Source: Synechococcus sp. | GTDB taxonomy: Bacteria > Cyanobacteriota > Cyanobacteriia > Thermostichales > PCC-7336 | NCBI GenBank assembly: GCA_051439425.1 | Contig: JBFRWD010000170.1 | Location: 1-44,740, forward strand | Direction: 5' to 3' | DNA length: 44,740 bases | Part shown: positions 18,695 to 26,654 of the stretch, piece by piece | Layout: every line of letters starts with the position of its first letter | How positions within the stretch are numbered: position 1 is the stretch's first letter | Made by a program: the position numbers and the translations under genes | The notes under the pieces: generated by a model | The model's input: only the letters and a program-made list of their open reading frames with translations | Told to the model about the DNA's origin: nothing | Databases searched by the model: none

Positions 18695-20425
18695 TCAAGG
18701 CAAATCTAAAGCCTCGATAGCGCCCTCAGGTAGTTCTCGCACTACATTAAAGTTGAAAGGATCTTCGCTAACGGCTTCGATAAAGGGAGCGCCTAAAAAG
18801 GATTCGTACTCAGGATTCTCAGCAACATGTACATTAATAAAGCCAATCATAATTGATTTGACAACCCCTCGCTGGAGTACCAATGCTTCTTCAAGCTCTT
18901 GTTCGAATTCCTCACTCACTTCAAGGTCGATCGTAGTCAAATCAATATCTTCGATAGATTCCTCAATGTCTCCATCCAATCCTTGTGCAACATTGAGAGC
19001 AATACTGGTCATCCGAGTTGTGGATCGAGTGTGGGATCCTCGTGCGGCCAGGAATAAATATTTGTCCGGGGATTGCAACCATGCAAACGCCAAAGCCTGT
19101 TGAGGCACCACCGGAGAAACTACGTCAAAGGCCCCACCCAATAAGCCCACGGGGATTTCGATTCGACTAATACCCGATTCCCCAAATAATCTAGTGACGG
19201 GGGTAAAGCCCATCACCGCTGCAACCCGCGAGTCACTTAGCCCTACTGTGCCCAATCTCTCTACTGCATCTGGGTCGTCAGTTAGTTCGAGCGCCCTACA
19301 TTCCAATAACCTGGCAGTATTGACGATGACGTTGGCATCAGGAGAGCATCGTTGTGCTAATTCTTCGAAATCAATGGTGGCTCCAGCAAGCGCCAACGCC
19401 GTGTAGCCACCAAACGAGTGACCGACGACACCGACGCGATCGAGTCCTAGCTTGCCTTGATAGCTTGTTTCGTTTACTTGTTCCAGTTCATCGAGTAAAA
19501 ACGTGATGTCGAGAGGGCGATCGAGAAATTCGCTGGCCAAAAACATCTCTCCGGACAACCCACTCAACAACGCTTTCTTTTGGGCTCTATTGCTGCCTAT
19601 ATGTTCCGGTAAAACAGTCGCGATGCCATGGCTGGCCATGTGGGCGGCATATTCGTGAAAATTTGTCCGCGTGTCGCCCAATCCGTGGGACAGGACCGTG
19701 ACTGGAATAGGCTGTTCGAATTCATTAATGTCTTGAGGTAGGAACAGATCGGCTGGGAAGGTGCGTTGGCGTGAACTATCCTCCAGGATTAACTCCACCA
19801 TTTCGACGGCATGAGGACCAGCACTAATCAGATCGGGGAGTTCCTCTAAAACGACAGGTGGGCCTTGTTCTGCATCTGCCGCCGACTGTTCTTCGACGGC
19901 TTCAATCACAGCTAAAGTCAAGTTGGCATCTTCAATTGCCTGGCGACCGTAGGCAATTGCTTGAGAAATGTCTACCACCAGCTTTCGGGTAGGGAATTTC
20001 TGAATCAGTTCTAGGGTGGAAAGCTCACCATCATCAGCAAGTGAAGTAATAATTGCCGCACGAATTGCCTGTTGCCCGTTAAATCTGGCTCCAGTTTTAA
20101 AGAGTTGTCCGATGAATTGTAGAGTGTCCTCTCCCATCGGAGAGTTTAACCATTGGGAAAGTTCAATAATGTTGAATTCTTGGCTCTCGGTTAGGGCAAG
20201 TCTCAGGTATTCCTGTTGTTCTTCGTTCAAATATTGCAGGAGACCAGAGGTAGTCCCATTCTCTAAAAAATCTTCCAGGGAAGAGACTGAGATACTCCTA
20301 TTAGCAGGCCCGAGTTGTAAAATCACTTCCTCGGCCGATTGACTGGATAATGCTGCAATAGCAATAGATGACAAACTTAGTGCTATTGGGGAGATGACAC
20401 TTACTAGCAGACGAGATGAAAACAT
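18695..20425 (-). CDS. Exported alpha/beta hydrolase with DUF1400-type N-terminal domain
   Basis: Signal peptide, SAEEVILQLGP...SISVSSLE, LSHGLG, FLDRPLDITFLLDEL, nucleophile GHSFGG, probable Asp (AFDVV) and His (GSHT). Confidence 0.88.
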   Translation of the reverse strand: MFSSRLLVSVISPIALSLSSIAIAALSSQSAEEVILQLGPANRSISVSSLEDFLENGTTSGLLQYLNEEQQEYLRLALTESQEFNIIELSQWLNSPMGEDTLQFIGQLFKTGARFNGQQAIRAAIITSLADDGELSTLELIQKFPTRKLVVDISQAIAYGRQAIEDANLTLAVIEAVEEQSAADAEQGPPVVLEELPDLISAGPHAVEMVELILEDSSRQRTFPADLFLPQDINEFEQPIPVTVLSHGLGDTRTNFHEYAAHMASHGIATVLPEHIGSNRAQKKALLSGLSGEMFLASEFLDRPLDITFLLDELEQVNETSYQGKLGLDRVGVVGHSFGGYTALALAGATIDFEELAQRCSPDANVIVNTARLLECRALELTDDPDAVERLGTVGLSDSRVAAVMGFTPVTRLFGESGISRIEIPVGLLGGAFDVVSPVVPQQALAFAWLQSPDKYLFLAARGSHTRSTTRMTSIALNVAQGLDGDIEESIEDIDLTTIDLEVSEEFEQELEEALVLQRGVVKSIMIGFINVHVAENPEYESFLGAPFIEAVSEDPFNFNVVRELPEGAIEALDLP

Positions 20426-20581
20426 AAATTGAACTTAAATTAAATATAAATCAATTATATGAGCAGTAATCACAGAGATAAAAGCTGTTCTATCCTCGTG
20501 AAGATGCCTAAATTTCCCTCCTCGGCTGCTCTCTAATGTGAGACTGTGCCGGATGTTTGTGTTTAGAAGAATGGAAGGATC

Positions 20582-21706
20582 ATGCGAAGAATCAAGACGA
20601 TTGTTGCAGGCGCGTTGTGGAAGCTCAGTCTCACCGCCGCCATAGTTGCTCTTCTCTCACCCCCCGCCCTTGCTTGCACAGGGATTACGCTAACAGCGAC
20701 TGATGGCTCAGTTGTGTACGGCCGCACCCTTGAATGGGGGGCATTCGATCTCAACTCGCGAGTGATGATCGTACCGCGCGGCCAGGCCATGAGCGCGAAG
20801 ATGGAGGACGGCTCGCCAGGCATGACCTGGGAGGCCAAACATGGGTTTGTTGCTCTCGATGCGCTTGATAAACCCCTCGCTGTTGACGGAATAAACGAGC
20901 AGGGCCTCTCGGTGGGCGTCTTCTACCATCCTGGCTTCGCCGACTATCAACCCTTTGAAACTGCTACACGTGACCGCTCGCTCGGGCCCCTCGACGTCGC
21001 CAATTATCTTCTCAGCCAATTCGCAACGACTGAGGAGGTTAAATCCGGCATTGCCGATGTCCGCGTTGTCCCGGTTGTCGAGCCTGCCCTTGGCTTCCCC
21101 GCGCCTGTCCACTTCATCGTTACCGATGCGAGCGGTGCAGCCATCGTGATTGAGTATCTTGAGGGTGAACTCTCCATCTTTGATGCACCGCTCGGGGTGA
21201 TTACTAACTCGCCGACCTATGACTGGCATTTGACTAATTTGCGCAACTACATCAATCTCTCGCCAGTTGCGCTGCCGGCGCAAAACATTAACGAGCTTGA
21301 GTTCGCGCCCCTCGGTGGTGGTACCGGTATGATCGGCCTTCCAGGAGACTTCACTCCGCCCTCGCGTTTCGTACGTGCGGTTGCCTTCTCTGCGACAGCA
21401 CGCACGACGGATACGGGGGAGGAGACGATGTACGAGCTCTTCCGAATTCTTGACAACTTTAATGTGCCACTTGGCGCAACAGAGGGCTCGGACATCGAGG
21501 GCGATATTGTCGGCCTCCGCTCGGCCACTCTCTGGACAACGGCGATCGATACGAATAACCTCAAGTTCTATTACCACACGATGCACAATCGTCGCGTGCG
21601 CATGGTCGATCTGAATACGATCGACTTTGAGACGCTTGAAGAGATGATCTTCCTGCCCCTCGATCGAGAAAAGCGTCAGGACATCGAGACTGTCGCGGTA
21701 CCGTAA
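20582..21706 (+). CDS. Choloylglycine hydrolase / penicillin V acylase family Ntn hydrolase
   Basis: Signal peptide ending ALA followed by the catalytic Cys (CTGI), YGRTLEW, DGINEQGL, GVITNSPTYDWHLTNLRNY, GLPGDFTPPSRFVRA. Confidence 0.92.
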   Translation: MRRIKTIVAGALWKLSLTAAIVALLSPPALACTGITLTATDGSVVYGRTLEWGAFDLNSRVMIVPRGQAMSAKMEDGSPGMTWEAKHGFVALDALDKPLAVDGINEQGLSVGVFYHPGFADYQPFETATRDRSLGPLDVANYLLSQFATTEEVKSGIADVRVVPVVEPALGFPAPVHFIVTDASGAAIVIEYLEGELSIFDAPLGVITNSPTYDWHLTNLRNYINLSPVALPAQNINELEFAPLGGGTGMIGLPGDFTPPSRFVRAVAFSATARTTDTGEETMYELFRILDNFNVPLGATEGSDIEGDIVGLRSATLWTTAIDTNNLKFYYHTMHNRRVRMVDLNTIDFETLEEMIFLPLDREKRQDIETVAVP

Positions 21707-21772
21707 TGATAAGAAGGGGGTTTGAAACCAGTGGTGTGCAAATACAGGCTACGGCGATCCTCTACAGAGTTT

Positions 21773-21968
21773 TGAAAATACTCTGGATTGATTGCTGAAC
21801 GCCAGACGGGATACTAAAGCTGCACAAAGGTTTCTGTGTAGGATTTTGTCGCTAGAGCATATTCAAACGACAAGAGTCACCAATATTGATAGGAACGCTT
21901 GCTACGTTTAAGCGATCTTCGCACTGAAGCAATCAGGTGAGCTTCCAGAAAACTGCCAGCATCGGGGA
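21773..21968 (+). mobile_element. Second IS6-family transposase remnant
   Basis: Hand translation ENTLD*LLNARRDTKAAQRFLCRIL...HIQTTRVTNIDRNACYV*AIFALKQSGELPENCQHR parallels IS6 (GNTLDFLLS.KRD..AA.RF...PRVINVDKN.AY). Two in-frame stops. Confidence 0.75.
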
Positions 21969-22032
21969 GATCAATGATGGAATGAGCGATTGCGAAAACA
22001 AGAAAATCTGCTTGTTCGTCAATGATGGCTGG

Positions 22033-22239
22033 TTAGCGGCTGCCTAGGTGGCGCGCGCGCGAATTAGCTCTCCGACAGGTCAGCGAGCCCAACAGACTGG
22101 TCTGTTGACAGCGGCTGAAGTTGGCCGATCGCCGTAGTCTCGATCGATCGTAAGACTGGGGGGTGAGCAGGGCCATTGCTAGCAAACCGCCAACGGTTAG
22201 ATGAATCAGTGTTCTGGAAATTGAGTCTGTAGATGTCAT
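22033..22239 (-). CDS. Small hypothetical protein (68 aa) with one hydrophobic segment and an Arg-rich tail
   Basis: ATG 22239 with AGGAG upstream: MTSTDSISRTLIHLTVGGLLAMALLTPQ...C...C. Confidence 0.4.
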   Translation of the reverse strand: MTSTDSISRTLIHLTVGGLLAMALLTPQSYDRSRLRRSANFSRCQQTSLLGSLTCRRANSRARHLGSR

Positions 22240-22712
22240 TGGCCGCTCCTGGAAAATTAAGTCTGGGTTGGAACATGCTGGAGGCGAGACCGGAGGCGGT
22301 AAACAAAAGTAAGCAGTCACGGCACAACCGTTAGTGCTCGACATGGTGTCGAGCTACAGCTGGGATGACCGGTCAATTGAAATGCTTAGAAAAAAATTGC
22401 GAGTGTCGCCGAACTCCGGCAAATACAGGAGAAAGCGTTGCTGTATCCTGTGTGATGGCCTCAGAGTATCAAGGGTACAGAGGCAGAAGTTGAGGTAAAT
22501 TCAGGTCTGCTCAACTCCAAAATTGAGGTTGTGGACGATCGCAATTCAGGACCTATGGATATCCCTGTTTTCGAGAGGTCAATAGTCCGAAGGCAAGGAG
22601 TAAAATTGACCTCAAAGCTTGTCTAGATCGCATAAATTTTGAATGATTGGCACTGACGTTGACTCGCGAGGCCGGCCAGTCGATTTAGCATTTGCCCAGC
22701 GGGACAGTGACC

Positions 22713-25628
22713 ATGAGAACGTATCAAGCTGGTGGCAGTCTCGATGCCCAACATCCTTACTACATTCGACGTCAAGCCGATCGCCAGCTCTACGAAGCTC
22801 TGATAGCCGGAGAATTTTGTTCAGTATTGAATGCCCGTCAGATGGGGAAATCCAGCCTGATGGTGCAAGTAATGTCGCAGTTGCAGAACGTAGACATACG
22901 CTGCGCCACCATCGACATGTCCCGCATTTGCGGCGAGGGGGTAACGCCAGAGCAGTTTTATAAGGGGATGGCGATTGAGCTGTGGAGAAGTCTGGGGCTG
23001 ATGGGCTCGTTCGATTTGCTGGGAACTTGGCGCGGGTGGGGGGACCTGGCTCCTGTTCAGAAGTGGAGTCTGGTCGTCGATCGCCTGCTGGACAATGTGC
23101 TTGAATCTTTCGAGCTTGAATCTTTCGAACTTGATTCTGCTGGTGCGGCGCTCTTGGGCAACCATATCTCGAACCGGCAAATCTCGAACCAGGAAATCCC
23201 GAACAAGCAGACTTCGATGCGGCTAGTTGTGTTTGTGGACGAAGTGGATAGTGTGTTGCACCTGCCATTTCCGGTGTACGACTTTTTAGCTACGCTGCGC
23301 TCCTACTACAACCAACGCAGTATCAAATCCCAGTACAACCGCCTCACGTTTGCTCTGTTTGGTACGGCAACCCCTGCAGAGTTGATGGGCGATCGACGTG
23401 CGACTCCCTTCAATATCGGAACGGCAATCTCCCTCTCTGGATTTGAGCGACAGGAAGCACAACCACTCGCTCGCGGTTTGGAAGGTTATACCCATAACCC
23501 AGATGAAGCGTTGCAGGAGATTCTGGCCTGGACGGGCGGCCAACCATTCTTGATGCAACGGGTTTGTCGATTGGTGACCGAACGGGAGCCCGCAGAAGAC
23601 GAGCAGATATCGGATCGTCAGTTAATCGCAGACATCGTGCAATCGCGTGTCATCGACAATTGGGAGTTGCAGGATGTTCCCGAACACCTGCGCACCATTC
23701 GCGATCGCCTTACCCGCACTCCCGCTACAGCCAATCGGTTGCTGGGTCTCTACAAACAGGTGCTGCAATCCGACATAGGCCAACCCAATTGCGATCCTTC
23801 TCAAGATGGCGATCCTGCTCAAGCAGATAAACATCCATCTTCAGTCGATGGTAAGCACCCCTATTACGATCTAATGCTGTCGGGCATTGTAAGTGACGAT
23901 CTAGGACAGATCCGGGTAAAAAATCCGATTTATCGAACCATCTTTGATGAAAATTGGGTAGAAGGACAACTTGCCGAACTGCGGCCCTATGCGGTCTCCT
24001 TCGAGCGCTGGTTAAGCTCTCGGGGCGATCGGGCGTTTCTGTTACGGGGGGTGGATCTGGACGAGGCTCTGGCATGGTCGGCTAGCCGCCGCTTGGGCGA
24101 TGAGGACTATCGATATTTGGCTGCTAGTCAGGACTTAGCCAAACAACAAACCCTTGCGAGTCTCGATGCCCTTGAACGGGCCAGTCAAGTACTGGCGGAC
24201 TCCCGTCAACAGGCTCGGGTTGATAATCGCAGCCCAGCACGAAGATGGATGGGGACGTTTGCGATCGCCATCGGTACTGCGATTCTGATTGTGGTACTGC
24301 GCGCGATTGGCGTGCTGCAGGGTTGGGAATGGAACGCTTTGGATTTAATGTTTCGCTGGCGGGCCATGGAACCTCCCGATGCTCGAATTGCGATTGTGAC
24401 TGTAGATGAGCAAGATATTGAAGCCGTTGGACGCTGGCCCTTACCCGATGCGGTTTTGGCCGAAGCTATTTCCGCCCTTAGGGAGCGTCAGCCTAGAGCC
24501 ATCGGCCTCGATTTTCATCGCAATTTACCTGTGAATCCCGGCCACGAGCAATTGGTGGACATATTTCGCACCACCCCGCAATTGGTGGGGATCGAGCGAG
24601 CGATTGGCGATCGCTTACCGGCGGCTCCCGAGTTAGAGCGGAGGGGGCAGGTCGGATTTTCCGATGTGGTGTTGGATAGTGACGGCACCGTCAGGCGGGC
24701 GCTGCTATCGGTTCAGTTAGTGGAGGGAGATATTCGGCAGAGTTTCGCAGTCCGTCTGGCCTTGAACTATTTGCAAGACGAAGAAATAAGCGTGGCTCCG
24801 GTGGAGGGCGATCCTGGACGCTTGCGGGTTGGTCAACAGATATTCGAACGGTTTGAACCGAATGATGGGGGGTATGTCCGAGCGGATGCCGGCGGATTTC
24901 AGGTGTTGCTCAACTATCGAGGCCGCACTGATGATTTCGACACAATACCGTTGCGGGAGGTGGTACAAGGCAATATTCCAGATGAACTGGTGCGCGATCG
25001 CGTCGTGCTGATTGGCCTCACCGCTCAGAGCGCCAGCGATTGGTTCCTCACCCCCTACAGCGATCGCTGGTTTGGCTTTCCCAACATTTCTCCCGGTGTG
25101 GTTATTCATGCCAATACGCTCAGCCAAATCCTCAGCGCTGCTCTGGACGGTCGCACGCTAATTCGCATGTGGCCCGCCTATCAAGAGGTGGTTTGGATTG
25201 TATTGTGGGCGATGGTTGGCAGTGCCCTTGCCCAAACGGTGCGATCGCTGCTGCGACTCACAATTGCCGTGCTGATAGCCGAAGCGCTATTAGTCGCAGG
25301 ATGCATGTGGGTGTTTGGGTATGGGTGGTGGATTCCGAGCGTCCCTCCCCTGCTTGCCTGTGGAATTGCTGCAGGAGTTACGGCCACAACCTTAGAGCGG
25401 CGGCGAGAGTCTCAACTATTTCGCAGCACTCTCGTTCGGTTGCTGGAGATGCAGGCCCGCGATCCAGTAGTTGGACGGATTGCGTTGGAATATTTGCGCC
25501 AGTCAGAGCCCCCTGCTCGACAGAGGCTGGTGGAACAGCACCTCAATTCCGTTCAACCACCAAATTTACTCATTTCTGGGGACGAGCAAGGGGGAGGAGA
25601 TCGAGCTGAGTTCGGCGTAGTCGAGTAA
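22713..25628 (+). CDS. AAA_35/STAND-like NTPase fused to TM-CHASE2-3TM sensor
   Basis: YQAGGSL, YIRRQAD, Walker A NARQMGKSS, Walker B VVFVDEVDS, TPFNIG, WTGGQPFL. Then TM and CHASE2 (IAIVTVDEQDI, WPLPD, IGLDF, DSDGTVRR, VLIG, GVVIHA), three TM helices and a short tail. Confidence 0.9.
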   Translation: MRTYQAGGSLDAQHPYYIRRQADRQLYEALIAGEFCSVLNARQMGKSSLMVQVMSQLQNVDIRCATIDMSRICGEGVTPEQFYKGMAIELWRSLGLMGSFDLLGTWRGWGDLAPVQKWSLVVDRLLDNVLESFELESFELDSAGAALLGNHISNRQISNQEIPNKQTSMRLVVFVDEVDSVLHLPFPVYDFLATLRSYYNQRSIKSQYNRLTFALFGTATPAELMGDRRATPFNIGTAISLSGFERQEAQPLARGLEGYTHNPDEALQEILAWTGGQPFLMQRVCRLVTEREPAEDEQISDRQLIADIVQSRVIDNWELQDVPEHLRTIRDRLTRTPATANRLLGLYKQVLQSDIGQPNCDPSQDGDPAQADKHPSSVDGKHPYYDLMLSGIVSDDLGQIRVKNPIYRTIFDENWVEGQLAELRPYAVSFERWLSSRGDRAFLLRGVDLDEALAWSASRRLGDEDYRYLAASQDLAKQQTLASLDALERASQVLADSRQQARVDNRSPARRWMGTFAIAIGTAILIVVLRAIGVLQGWEWNALDLMFRWRAMEPPDARIAIVTVDEQDIEAVGRWPLPDAVLAEAISALRERQPRAIGLDFHRNLPVNPGHEQLVDIFRTTPQLVGIERAIGDRLPAAPELERRGQVGFSDVVLDSDGTVRRALLSVQLVEGDIRQSFAVRLALNYLQDEEISVAPVEGDPGRLRVGQQIFERFEPNDGGYVRADAGGFQVLLNYRGRTDDFDTIPLREVVQGNIPDELVRDRVVLIGLTAQSASDWFLTPYSDRWFGFPNISPGVVIHANTLSQILSAALDGRTLIRMWPAYQEVVWIVLWAMVGSALAQTVRSLLRLTIAVLIAEALLVAGCMWVFGYGWWIPSVPPLLACGIAAGVTATTLERRRESQLFRSTLVRLLEMQARDPVVGRIALEYLRQSEPPARQRLVEQHLNSVQPPNLLISGDEQGGGDRAEFGVVE
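23100..23210 (+). repeat. Two arrays of 15-bp tandem repeats inside the AAA-CHASE2 gene
   Basis: CTTGAATCTTTCGAR x2 plus a partial copy (23100-23138; LESFE). ATCTCGAACCGGCAA / ATCTCGAACCAGGAA / ATCCCGAACAAGCAG (23166-23210; ISNRQ ISNQE IPNKQ). Confidence 0.85.
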
Positions 25629-26576
25629 TGATTGCCAGGTCTCATCTAAGCTCTCACTGCTCGCGTCTTCTGCAGCAACCGTGGCGTTGTTAGACGAGCT
25701 GGCCTGAACGAACGCATCCACTGCGTCATACCACTGGCCTTGACGGGCATAGTCTTCGGCCCTGGCTAGTGCCGTGGTGGGGGTAGGGTTCCAGTTAGCA
25801 AGACTAGAAGGGGAATTTACTCTACGAATCCGTATTGAGGTGGCGGGATCGTTAGGACTGGGGGCGTTTCCACAGAGGGCGATCGTTGCCCACACGTAAT
25901 TCGTGTCGGGTTCCAGCGGAGGAGCGTCATCGGGCAATTGCAGGGCAACCCACTGGCTGTTGGGTGGCATGTCGAGTGTTGTTTGCGAGTGGAACTGTTG
26001 GCTATCTTCCTCGCGCACGCTGAGCAGAATGCGTCGAACGGAGGCAATGGGTTGATAGAGCCATACGGTTGGTTTTTCTCGTTCGGTCAGACCCATAATT
26101 TGCGGGGGGGGCGCTAATGCAGCGATCTCCAGTTCCGGACTGGCAGTTGAGTCGGTGGATAGAGCTGAGCTGCTGGTTAGCAGCCCCGAGGAGTCCATGC
26201 ACTGAGCGTTACGCCGACCTCCTCCTAATGTGTTTTGAGGGGCTGGTTCTTCTGGAGGAGGGACAAAGGGGAGTAGGCCCAGTTGAATTGTTCGGTCCAG
26301 CGATGGTCGATCTTCGCCAGGTTCTGAGCTGTTTAACTCGTTTGCATTGCGGGTTTCTTGCTCTTGCGATCGCGCCGTTTCCATCTCCCTTGGCATTGGT
26401 GTTGATGCTGGCGTTGACGTTTGGATTTGCGCACTGACAGGAAGTCCGGATACCGAGATGACTATTAGTCCAAATCCGAGCCCGAATAGAGTTGGGAGAC
26501 TGGATGGGGGCATGGGGGTCAATCCTTGTAATCTAGCTTTCAAGCCCCGTAATTTATTCAATTGCATCACATACAT
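25566..26576 (-). CDS. DUF928 domain exported protein
   Basis: Signal-like segment ending VSAQ, FVPPP...APQNTLGGGRR..C, ALAP...GLT...PTVWLY.P, LPDDAPPLE...YVW...C, YARQGQWYDA, WQSLL. Confidence 0.88.
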   Translation of the reverse strand: MYVMQLNKLRGLKARLQGLTPMPPSSLPTLFGLGFGLIVISVSGLPVSAQIQTSTPASTPMPREMETARSQEQETRNANELNSSEPGEDRPSLDRTIQLGLLPFVPPPEEPAPQNTLGGGRRNAQCMDSSGLLTSSSALSTDSTASPELEIAALAPPPQIMGLTEREKPTVWLYQPIASVRRILLSVREEDSQQFHSQTTLDMPPNSQWVALQLPDDAPPLEPDTNYVWATIALCGNAPSPNDPATSIRIRRVNSPSSLANWNPTPTTALARAEDYARQGQWYDAVDAFVQASSSNNATVAAEDASSESLDETWQSLLDYAELSSISSPLLVPRNE

Positions 26577-26654
26577 TCCTTGCGATCGATGCCTGAGTGA
26601 ACTATCTAAATCTCGTCTACACTTGTTTCGATCGGCCCCTTCTGGACAGAGATA

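Noticed and set aside
20708..21586. 292-aa minus-strand ORF
   Set aside because: Antisense shadow of the GC-rich Ntn hydrolase gene; no protein-like features.
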